A stretch of DNA of 24,000 bases from positions 3,040,072 to 3,064,071 of the forward strand of contig OY763008.1 of assembly GCA_963666905.2 (NCBI GenBank), read 5' to 3'. The first letter of the stretch is position 1, and every line of letters starts with the position of its first letter. Under the pieces are notes generated by a model. The model was not told where the DNA came from. It ran no database searches and worked only from the letters and a program-made list of their open reading frames with translations. The position numbers were made by a program, and so were the translations under genes. Source of the stretch: Alphaproteobacteria bacterium. GTDB lineage: Bacteria; Pseudomonadota; Alphaproteobacteria; SP197. Shown piece by piece: positions 1 to 6,430 of the stretch.

Positions 1-253
1 CCTCGACGAGGCGACGGCCAACCTCGATCCGAACTCCACCCTGGCGATCGAGAACCTGGTCCGCAGGGCGCGCGAACTCGGCACGCCCGTCCTCCTCGTC
101 ACCCACGACCTTGCCCAGGCGCGCCGCGTCGCCGAGCGCATCCTCTACCTCAACGACGGCGTCCTCGAGGCGGATTCCCGGGCCCCGGACTTCTTCACCG
201 CTCCCCCCACGAGGCGTGCCCGCGCCTTCGTCGAGGGCCGCCTGACCGACTGA
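1..253 (+). CDS. tupC: ABC transporter ATP-binding protein, C-terminal part (tungstate-type, TupC-like); the 5' end lies outside the window
   Basis: Frame 2 reads LDEATANLDPNSTLAIENLVRRARELGTPVLLVTHDLAQARRVAERILYLNDGVLEADSRAPDFFTAPPTRRARAFVEGRLTD*. This contains Walker B/D-loop (LDEAT..LD) and H-loop (VTHD) motifs. The TGA at 251-253 lies 9 nt upstream of the tupA-like gene. Confidence 0.8.
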   Translation, partial: LDEATANLDPNSTLAIENLVRRARELGTPVLLVTHDLAQARRVAERILYLNDGVLEADSRAPDFFTAPPTRRARAFVEGRLTD

Positions 254-490
254 GCCGGAGACATGCCCGCCATGATACGCCGATTCCTCTGCGCCATGAT
301 TGTCGCATGCGCCGTTGCCGGCAGTGCGGCCGCCGAGCGCTCCATCGTGGTGCAGTCCACCACCTCGACCCAGAACTCAGGGCTCTTCGACAACATCCTT
401 CCCCGGTTCACAAACGAGACCGGGATCGTCGTCAAGGTGGTCGCCGTCGGCACCGGACAGGCCCTGCGCAACTCGATGAACGGCGACGGC
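1..490 (+). repeat. Direct repeat copy A (tupC 3' end + tupA 5' end); extends left beyond the window
   Basis: My manual alignment to 3445-3934 gave 15 mismatches and no indels over 490 positions (about 97% identity). Confidence 0.9.
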
Positions 491-1090
491 GACGTCCTCC
501 TGGTCCACGCGCGTGACGCCGAGGAGGGGTTCGTGGCCCAGGGCTACGGCATCGAGCGGTTCGACCTCATGTACAACGACTTCGTGATCGTCGGGCCGAC
601 CGGCGACCCGGCCGCCGTCTCCGGCCTGCGCGACGCCGGCGAGGCCCTGCTGCGGATCGCCGGAGCCGAGGCCACGTTCGCCTCCCGCGGCGATGACTCC
701 GGCACCCACCACAAGGAGATGTCGCTGTGGCTGTCGACGGAGTTCGATCCCATGGCTCACAGCGGCTCCTGGTATCTCGAGACCGGTTCGGGCATGGGAG
801 CCACGCTCAACCTCGCCGCCAACACCGGCGCCTACACGCTCACCGACCGCGCCACCTGGATCGCCTTCCAGAACAAGGGCGACCTCATGCTCCACGTCGA
901 GGGCGACGAGAATCTCTTCAACCAGTACGGCGTCACCATCGTGAACCCCGAGCGCTTCCCCCACGTCAAGGCCGAGGACGCCCGAACCTTCGTAACCTGG
1001 CTCCTCTCCGAAACAGGCCAGGCCGCCATCGCCTCCTACCGGATCGACGGCAAGCAGCTCTTCTTCCCCAACGCATCACCCCCCGAGTAG
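263..1090 (+). CDS. tupA: Tungstate ABC transporter periplasmic substrate-binding protein (TupA family)
   Basis: 275 aa ORF with an N-terminal signal-like segment (MIVACAVAGSAAA). It has the TupA-type anion-binding motif TTSTQNSGL, followed by VVAVGTGQALRNSMNGDGDVLLVHA...MYNDFVIVGP, which matches the TupA family pattern. It sits directly after the ABC ATPase gene. Confidence 0.85.
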   Translation: MPAMIRRFLCAMIVACAVAGSAAAERSIVVQSTTSTQNSGLFDNILPRFTNETGIVVKVVAVGTGQALRNSMNGDGDVLLVHARDAEEGFVAQGYGIERFDLMYNDFVIVGPTGDPAAVSGLRDAGEALLRIAGAEATFASRGDDSGTHHKEMSLWLSTEFDPMAHSGSWYLETGSGMGATLNLAANTGAYTLTDRATWIAFQNKGDLMLHVEGDENLFNQYGVTIVNPERFPHVKAEDARTFVTWLLSETGQAAIASYRIDGKQLFFPNASPPE

Positions 1091-1607
1091 AGCTCAGGCC
1101 ATCGAAGCGGGTGATGCCGAACCACAGCACGGCATTGCCGTCATGGGAAGCGGCACGCCGCAGGCAGCGGCGGTGAACGCAGCCGGAGACGGCCGGCCTC
1201 ACCCGACGATGCCCGCCGGGACATCAGGGAAAGCCTGCCTGTTGCCGTGACCGGCACCCCCAGTCCCTCCCTCATGCGAGGGACGCGTCCTTCCCGCCTT
1301 CCGGACTTCGGCTTGAGACATTCCCGTGACGACCTCTTGGTTCAGGCGTCATCAACGTTCTGGTTCCGGCCTGGCGGGATTGGACGCATCTCTGCCTGGA
1401 ACACTGTGGGGAGCATCCGGAAACGCCGGGCCCGAGACACTTGTCAGCGCTCTCCCGGGGGACAATAATCGGCACCCCGGAAACAATGCGGAAATCTCAA
1501 GGAGCCATGGCCGCCGTTGCTGCAAGAGTCGCTATCGACCGGCACTGCCGCCGCACGGGGCGGAAGGCTTTCTGCAACCGCTGGCGGCTCAAGGCCCCCG
1601 GGTGGCC

Positions 1608-2027
1608 ATGTCGCTGAAGCGGGCTGCGGTACTGGCCGTCCTTGTTGCCGCCATCGGCGTGGCCGGATACCTGTATCCCGGTCAAGGTGAAGACGGCGGC
1701 GGCGGGTCGCCGATGGCGACGGTCAACCTGCCGGGCGCCCTGTCGGCGCAGGCGCAGCTGGGGCAGGAGGCCTACGAGGCCAACTGCGCATCCTGCCATG
1801 GCCGGAACGCTGCCGGACAGGAAGGGATCGCGCCACCTCTGGTTCACATCATCTACGAGTCCGCGCATCACGGCGACGAGTCGTTCCAGCGTGCGGTGGC
1901 CCGGGGCGTGCGGGCCCACCACTGGCCTTTCGGGGACATGCCGCCGGTCGAGGGCCTGTCCCGGGAGGATGTCGCCCTGATCATTGCGTATGTCCGGGAA
2001 CTCCAGCGGGCCAACGGCATCCGGTGA
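1608..2027 (+). CDS. Membrane-anchored monoheme c-type cytochrome
   Basis: Internal ATG of ORF 1326..2027. The N-terminus MSLKRAAVLAVLVAAIGVAGYLY is a signal/anchor helix. There is one CxxCH haem motif (CASCH) and a distal GDMPP Met ligand candidate. The upstream part of the ORF is Arg/Ser-rich and not protein-like. Confidence 0.8.
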   Translation: MSLKRAAVLAVLVAAIGVAGYLYPGQGEDGGGGSPMATVNLPGALSAQAQLGQEAYEANCASCHGRNAAGQEGIAPPLVHIIYESAHHGDESFQRAVARGVRAHHWPFGDMPPVEGLSREDVALIIAYVRELQRANGIR

Positions 2028-2443
2028 GAGGACGGCATCCAGCTCGACAACGCGAAGGACGAGATGCCGGACCCGACGCAGCCGGGGAAGCGTTCCGACG
2101 ACGTGTTCGATGTTCTCCCCGTTCTGGCACGGACCGGTCGCACGCCCACCGCCGGTCCCGGGAACGGGGCGCCGGGGGTCCCTGCGGCCCAGCGACCGTC
2201 GATGAGGCCGACCCGCCCGCCGCGTATCCGACAATCCCGGCAAATGGCCCCTGCACCGTCACACGCTCGGGCACCCGATATCAGGCATGAGGGCGTGCAT
2301 GGCGCGCCCCGCCGGTTGTCGCCCGACGACCGCAACTTCGGCAACGGGCAAGCGCACGGCCCGGGCGGCCACGCGAGCATCGCGACGGCGGCCAATCATC
2401 CCCACATCCCGGTCGCCAGCGAGAGCGTCAACGAACGCCGGCA

Positions 2444-2842
2444 TCAGCCCAGCGTGACGGCCAGCTCTGCCTCGACGATTCTGCGATCCCGGGTCAACAG
2501 CGTCGCGCCGAGCACCCGGGCGGTTGCCACCAGAATGCGGTCCGCGGGGTCGCGATGAAAGGAGTCCGGCAACGACGCCACCTCGGCAGCCACGGCCGGT
2601 GAAATGCCCTGGCGCCGCACCAGAGGCGGCGCAACCGCCTTCTCCAACCACTCGCGCAGGGGAATTGTCAGGCGAACACGCCCCAGACTGTGCAGCATGG
2701 CCACTTCCCAGAGCGATATGTCGGAGACCAGCAGGGGCGAATCGCCGTCGGCGGCCGCAATCGCATCCTGTTGACTGCGAGACAGCCGACCGCGGTCTCC
2801 GTGCCACCAGAGCAGGATGTGCGTATCGAGCAGGAACGTCAC
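2444..2842 (-). CDS. vapC: PIN-domain ribonuclease toxin (VapC family)
   Basis: Reads FLLDTHILLWW...SDISLWEV...DPADRILVATA...LLTRD, with PIN acidic residues in the usual order. The GTG at 2842 overlaps the antitoxin TGA as GTGA (4-nt coupling). The ORF track's alternative GTG is at 2860. Confidence 0.85.
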   Translation of the reverse strand: MTFLLDTHILLWWHGDRGRLSRSQQDAIAAADGDSPLLVSDISLWEVAMLHSLGRVRLTIPLREWLEKAVAPPLVRRQGISPAVAAEVASLPDSFHRDPADRILVATARVLGATLLTRDRRIVEAELAVTLG

Positions 2843-3078
2843 CGCTTCAGGCTGTCCCACTGCTCTTCCGGGAACACCGGTTCCATGACATCGCCGAGGA
2901 TAACGACCGTCCCGTCCAGTTCAGCCTGGGGATACCGGTTCTCCTCGCCGGTCGGCGGCGACAACTCGGCGACCGGCCGACCGCGTTTCAGAATCACGAC
3001 CCTTTCACCGGTCGCATGAACGCGGTCGAGGATGGCGAGGCACCTCGCCTTGAAGTCGGATGCGTTGATCCTTTCCAT
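2839..3078 (-). CDS. Phd/YefM-type (prevent-host-death family) antitoxin paired with VapC
   Basis: The 3' part of ORF 2839..3585 reads MERINASDFKARCLAILDRVHATGERVVILKRGRPVAELSPP... This is the typical Phd/YefM N-terminal pattern (..FK..L..V..GE.V.I.KRG.PVA.L.P). Alternative in-frame ATGs are at 3093 and 3108. The rest of the 248-aa ORF is Arg-rich shadow sequence. Confidence 0.8.
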   Translation of the reverse strand: MERINASDFKARCLAILDRVHATGERVVILKRGRPVAELSPPTGEENRYPQAELDGTVVILGDVMEPVFPEEQWDSLKR

Positions 3079-3109
3079 ATGACCAGTTTTCATGACCGGT
3101 CCGGTCATG
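3079..3109. promoter_or_regulatory. Candidate TA operator: perfect 9-bp inverted repeat plus one extra half-site immediately upstream of the antitoxin start
   Basis: CATGACCGG-T-CCGGTCATG lies at 3091-3109, and an additional ATGACC half-site lies at 3079-3084. Type II antitoxins commonly autoregulate through palindromes at their promoter. If the true start is 3093 or 3108, the site overlaps the coding sequence. Confidence 0.35.
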
Positions 3110-3229
3110 TCAAGGAGCCCATTGTCTTCGGGACCCGAATTCAAGTCCGGTTTCCGGTCGAACGGAACCTCGCACAGCCGGCCCGGGATGGTGAAGTGGA
3201 GCGGGGACTCAGTACAGGGCCGCGGCAGG

Positions 3230-3697
3230 AACCGCCGGAACGAGCCCCGGCCGGTCCTGCTCAGCAGGTCGGCGCTGGCCGCCGCCGGGGTGCCCCGCGG
3301 CCTGCAGCGCGAGCGGGCCATGGACGCCCTCGCCTCGGGCGGCCTCGAGGCCCTGGCGAGGGTTCCGGCGCGTGTGCTCTCCAGGGGAGAGCCGCAGCGG
3401 CTGGCCCTGGTGCGCGCCATGGCGACCCGACCCGACGCGCTTTTCCTCGACGAGGCGACGGCCAACCTCGATCCGAACTCCACCCTGGCGATCGAGAACC
3501 TGGTCCGCAGCGCGCGCGAGCTCGGCACGCCCGTCCTCCTCGTCACCCGCGACCTTGCCCAGGCGCGCCGCGTCGCCGAGCGCATCCTCTACCTCAACGA
3601 CGGCATCCTCGAGGCGGATTCCCGGGCTCCGGACTTCTTCACCGCTCCCCCCACGAGGCGTGCCCGCGCCTTCGTCGAGGGCCGCCTGACCGACTGA
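3230..3697 (+). pseudogene. 5'-truncated, decaying second copy of the tupC-like ABC ATPase gene (no Walker A region)
   Basis: 3445-3697 aligns base-for-base with 1-253. Upstream, the frame still reads ..LSRGEPQRLALVRAMATRPDALFLDEAT, so the signature LSGGE is degraded to LSRGE. The H-loop His is replaced (VTHD in copy 1, VTRD here). No P-loop is present anywhere upstream, and the 5' boundary is approximate. Confidence 0.7.
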
Positions 3698-3934
3698 GCC
3701 GGAGACATGCCCGCCATGACACGCCGATTCCTCTGCGCCCTGATTGCCGCATGCGCCGTTGCCGGCGGCGCCGCCGCCGAGCGCTCCATCGTGGTGCAGT
3801 CCACCACCTCGACCCAGAACTCAGGTCTCTTCGACAACATCCTTCCCCGGTTCACGGACGAGACCGGGATCGTCGTCAAGGTGGTCGCCGTCGGCACCGG
3901 ACAGGCCCTGCGCAACTCGATGAACGGCAACGGC
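3445..3934 (+). repeat. Direct repeat copy B (offset 3444 bp from copy A); homology probably continues upstream to about 3230
   Basis: Same alignment as copy A. The right breakpoint is sharp at 3934/3935. Confidence 0.9.
3707..3934 (+). pseudogene. 3'-truncated second copy of tupA (first ~76 codons only)
   Basis: 3707-3934 aligns with 263-490 of the intact tupA. Homology stops abruptly after ..NSMNG(N/D)G. The ORF then runs into unrelated sequence (LSSKRCLLLSCKG...) up to 4063. Confidence 0.8.
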
Positions 3935-4554
3935 CTCTCGAGTAAAAGATGCCTTTTGCTGTCCTGCAAAGGGCCGCCGGATGACGGCGGTGGGTCGCTC
4001 ACAAGCGACTGCCTGAAAACACCCTGCCTGGAAAGAAAACGTGACCGTCGCCCGGCACCATGAGGCCGTCCTTGCCACAGGGCAGAGGCGCCGGCCAAAC
4101 CAGCCGCCTCCAGACGGCGCGGCCCGGGGGAGCCCGGCCTGGCGGTCGGGGTGCCACTGAGAGGCCCGGAACGCGTGGCGGCCATGCCACAGTGAAGGTC
4201 CAGCTGCCGCGTTCACACGGTTGGACAGAAGGACTGCCCGCTCACTGCTGCCCTCCGGCCGGCAACCCAAACCAGCCGGCAGGGAGCGCTCCTGCAGATA
4301 CCCGGGAAAGAACAAGGGCACAACCTCAGCAGGGCGAGTCTCCCGAATCCACTACCACGTGTAGCCACGTTGCACCAAACTACACAATGCAGCCAGGTGG
4401 TGCTTCAGCCGAACTGGGCCGTTATCCTGCTGCGAGACAGGTTGTGCGGTCTTCAGGGGATGATGTACACTTTGAACGCGCCGGCGAGCAGGCATCGCTG
4501 CAACTCGTGCTTCTTCTGTTGTTCGTGGACCGGCGGAACGGAGAAGAGCCAGCA
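3935..4554. other. About 620 bp gene-free leader/junction region upstream of the low-GC cassette
   Basis: No frame is protein-like; all ORFs here are Arg/Pro/Gly-rich shadows. The region is GC-rich up to about 4350 and then GC falls. It contains hairpins (GTCGCT-CACA-AGCGAC at about 3995-4010; GCCGGC-N11-GCCGGC at about 4257-4279). The motif CCAAACCAGCCG occurs twice (about 4096 and about 4267). A CCACGT x2 direct repeat and a GTGTAG/CTACAC inverted repeat lie at 4355-4385. Confidence 0.5.
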
Positions 4555-5148
4555 ATGGAAATGATTCAGGGGGCCGAGTGGGTCGTGCTGGCGATCCTGG
4601 CAGTGGGTTTTCTGATCAGCATGTACCTCATAGTGTCCGTTCAGGGCGACCTCCGATTGCGAGAGGAATCTGGGCTGAATACGGACCAGCAAGCCACGGC
4701 TATGTTCATTGGGTTGCTGAACCAGACTCGTCGCCAGATCGACATTCATGATGACGGCAACGACTTTGAGGGTTCGATGTACAACAACCCGGAAGTCATT
4801 GCCGCATTGCAAGAGCGGATACGGAAACACAACATCAGGGTTCGATGTCTCTTCAATGATGCGGACCAGCCGCTAAAGCTGCTTGAGCTCGCACGCTCGG
4901 AGGAATTCCAAAGTCACGTCAAGATCTGGTACTTGAACGGCGGCAGACAGGAGCCGGACACCCACTACAAGATTGTGGACGGTGGGCGGCTCGTTCACCT
5001 TTCGCGGCACAGGCACGGAGCCAGCGAGCGAGGGTATCGACTCCGCAAGGCTTCGCGGTGGTGGGAATTCCGCACCCGCGATCGAATCAGCAAGCAGTAT
5101 CGGGATCACTTCGAACACGGTCTGATGAACGCCGTTCAGGTTGCTTAG
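4555..5148 (+). CDS. Membrane-anchored PLD-like (HxK motif) protein, function unknown
   Basis: The ATG at 4555 is preceded by GGAGAAG (4540-4546). The N-terminal TM helix is WVVLAILAVGFLISMYLIV. The soluble domain shows a PLD/Nuc-like layout: LLNQTRRQIDIH..., then PEVIAALQERIRKHNIRVRCLFND, then THYKIVDGGRLVHLS (HxK then D, with shorter spacing than canonical HxK(x)4D). GC is about 50%. An in-frame alternative ATG at 4387 lacks an RBS. Confidence 0.65.
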   Translation: MEMIQGAEWVVLAILAVGFLISMYLIVSVQGDLRLREESGLNTDQQATAMFIGLLNQTRRQIDIHDDGNDFEGSMYNNPEVIAALQERIRKHNIRVRCLFNDADQPLKLLELARSEEFQSHVKIWYLNGGRQEPDTHYKIVDGGRLVHLSRHRHGASERGYRLRKASRWWEFRTRDRISKQYRDHFEHGLMNAVQVA

Positions 5149-5151
5149 ACC

Positions 5152-5529
5152 ATGCAGGAAAGTATTGAAGCAGCGGCGTTGGCGCTGCCTGCAACGCCGC
5201 TGTACGTCGTCGTCGCCATCTTGGTGGCAGTCGCCGCAATGACGACAGCAGATGTTCGGGACAAGGCACGGCTGCTGCCCAATAGCGGCGTGAACGCCAT
5301 GGCCGTGACCCTGCTCGCAGGATCCTGGATCGCGGTATGGCATATCATTCTTGCGATGGTCGGTGGGAACGACTTCTACACACTATCCGCAGAGGCGGTC
5401 CTGGAGATGATCGCTCATTGTCTGGTGCTGGTTTTGCTGCTTATCGTCGTGTCTATCTGGTATTGGGCCGTGGCCATTTACAAGGAAACACCCGCAGGGA
5501 TGCCCACGAATCCGGCGGCCAGCCAATGA
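5152..5529 (+). CDS. Small integral membrane protein (about 3 TM helices), no recognisable family
   Basis: It starts 3 nt after the upstream stop. Three hydrophobic spans are present (LYVVVAILVAVAAM, AMAVTLLAGSWIAVWHIILAMVG, IAHCLVLVLLLIVVSIWYWAVAIY). It shares the low-GC composition of its neighbours. Confidence 0.6.
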   Translation: MQESIEAAALALPATPLYVVVAILVAVAAMTTADVRDKARLLPNSGVNAMAVTLLAGSWIAVWHIILAMVGGNDFYTLSAEAVLEMIAHCLVLVLLLIVVSIWYWAVAIYKETPAGMPTNPAASQ

Positions 5530-5864
5530 ACAGCCCGCAGGTCGTTTCGTGGGGTGGATACGACTTCACCAGCTACGACCCCACACAAACAAGCTGGAAC
5601 GAAGTACCCGGCGTCTACATCTTCGCGGGGACAAGCACAGATGGGCGATGGTGGCAAGCCAAGTATGTCGGACAAACCGTGTCGTTCAAAACACGTTTGG
5701 GTTCGGAGAACATCAAGCACGAGCGCTGGCCAGAGGCGCGTCGTCTGGGTGCGACTCACATTCATGCACGCGTGGTGCATGACGACATTGGGCGGAGATC
5801 ATTGGAAGTGATGCTGATCGAGACATACAACCCTCCGATGAATGCCACGCCTCTGCCGCCGTAA
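5526..5864 (+). CDS. Small stand-alone GIY-YIG nuclease-domain protein
   Basis: Its ATG overlaps the upstream TGA (ATGA at 5526-5529). Motifs appear in the right order: GVYIF (GIY), KYVGQT (YIG), FKTRL (Arg), and LEVMLIETYNPPMN (catalytic Glu and Asn). The protein is 112 aa with no extra domain. Confidence 0.75.
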   Translation: MNSPQVVSWGGYDFTSYDPTQTSWNEVPGVYIFAGTSTDGRWWQAKYVGQTVSFKTRLGSENIKHERWPEARRLGATHIHARVVHDDIGRRSLEVMLIETYNPPMNATPLPP

Positions 5865-6347
5865 GCCACTCACCCGCCTACCAGGCCTCCTCAACACTGA
5901 CTGTGCCTTCTGCGTACCGACCGTGAACTGACAGCCGAGCGCACGGAGCGCCATTTCGATCTGGCCGATGTGTGAACGGTGATCAAGGTCGATCAGCCAG
6001 TGTACCGCGCCTTCCGATAGGCCGAGCCGAAGAGCAAGTTCGGTCTTGCCAACACCTTGGGTGCGCATCGTGTCGTAGAGCGCCATCTTCGCGGCAACGA
6101 GCGCCGGCAGCGGGACCGCAGTCCGCCCGTGCGCCGGCGATGGCCGGGGTATGGCGCGCCCTGCGCCGACGTAGCCGCCGAGAGCGGCGGCAAGGCAGTC
6201 CGGGGCCTGCGCCAGCGCTTTGGCCTCCGTTTACTCTTCTGTCAACGCCTTCGGCACATCCGGAAAGGTAACGAGGATCGAACCGTCCTCCTGCGGCACC
6301 AGTTCCGCGGGCTGTATCGGCCCTCGTGTCGTCCCGCTTTCATCCAT
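5799..6347 (-). pseudogene. hicB: HicB-family antitoxin gene interrupted by an in-frame TAA; no hicA partner
   Basis: From the ATG at 6347 (AAGGGA RBS upstream), the minus strand reads MDESGTTRGPIQPAELVPQEDGSILVTFPDVPKALTEE*TEAKALAQAPDCLAAALGGYVGAGRAIPRPS...VPLPALVAAKMALYDTMRTQGVGKTELALRLGLSEGAVHWLIDLDHRSHIGQIEMALRALG. This is the HicB N-domain plus a C-terminal HTH. The stop is TAA, the complement of 6231-6233, in frame with ORF 5799..6086. The C-terminal about 35 codons run antisense into the GIY-YIG gene. Confidence 0.7.
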
Positions 6348-6430
6348 CGTCCCTTATCCCGGGTTCTCGCAGCCGGACTCAAGCCGCCGGTCGTCGCAGG
6401 AATTCGTCGTCGGTAACGAGGGCGGGCCGT

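Noticed and set aside
2259-2444. A 61-aa ORF (MPAFVDALAGDRDVGMIGRRRDARVAARAV...) whose ATG shares a base with the vapC stop, as a possible third gene of the TA module. More generally, the whole gene-free stretch 2028-2443.
   Set aside because: It has no recognisable motif, is Arg-rich, and has only a moderate third-position GC bias (about 75% by my count). It may be a gene remnant but cannot be supported from sequence alone.
3092-3229. The start of ORF 3092..3697 (MTGPVMSRSPLSSGPEFKSG...) as the genuine N-terminus of an ABC ATPase.
   Set aside because: There is no Walker A or P-loop. This part overlaps the antitoxin promoter and palindrome region and is not protein-like. Only the distal part is homologous to tupC.
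1-3444. A simple tandem duplication with a 3444-bp period.
   Set aside because: The sequence following copy A (491 onward) is not repeated after copy B (3935 onward), so the second copy is an isolated fragment rather than a full tandem unit.
3707-4063. The 118-aa ORF as an intact small TupA-like gene.
   Set aside because: Only the first about 76 codons match tupA. Homology ends abruptly at 3934 and the remainder is unrelated read-through, so I called it a truncated pseudogene.
4075-4240. Cobalamin-riboswitch-like fragments: AGGGCA, GGCCAAACC, GCCACTG (4153-4159), CCCGGAACGCG and a B12-box-like GGACAGAAGGACTGCC (4223-4238), in roughly the right order.
   Set aside because: Each element is degenerate (about 11 of 16 matches to the B12 box). 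I could not build the expected P3/P4 hairpins or the CCCGCnACTGT core, and the nearest downstream gene is more than 300 nt away and unrelated to B12. It may be a decayed remnant, and only cmscan with RF00174 can decide. I do not claim it as a feature.
4096-4279. The repeated CCAAACCAGCCG motif as a CRISPR-like or REP-type array.
   Set aside because: There are only two copies about 170 bp apart, with no regular spacing and no further copies noticed elsewhere in the window.
4335-4358. A tRNA or tmRNA 3'-end-like string (..GAGTCTCCCGAATCCACTACCA) as a possible island attachment site.
   Set aside because: No T-arm stem can be formed, the TTCGAAT-type loop is absent, and there is no acceptor-stem partner or integrase nearby.
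4060-4554. The 165-codon N-terminal extension of ORF 4060..5148, which would make gene 1 of the cassette 362 aa.
   Set aside because: The extension reads RGAGQTSRLQTARPGGARPGGRG... and is not protein-like. Its GC is much higher than the rest of the gene. A good RBS precedes the ATG at 4555, after which a TM helix begins immediately.
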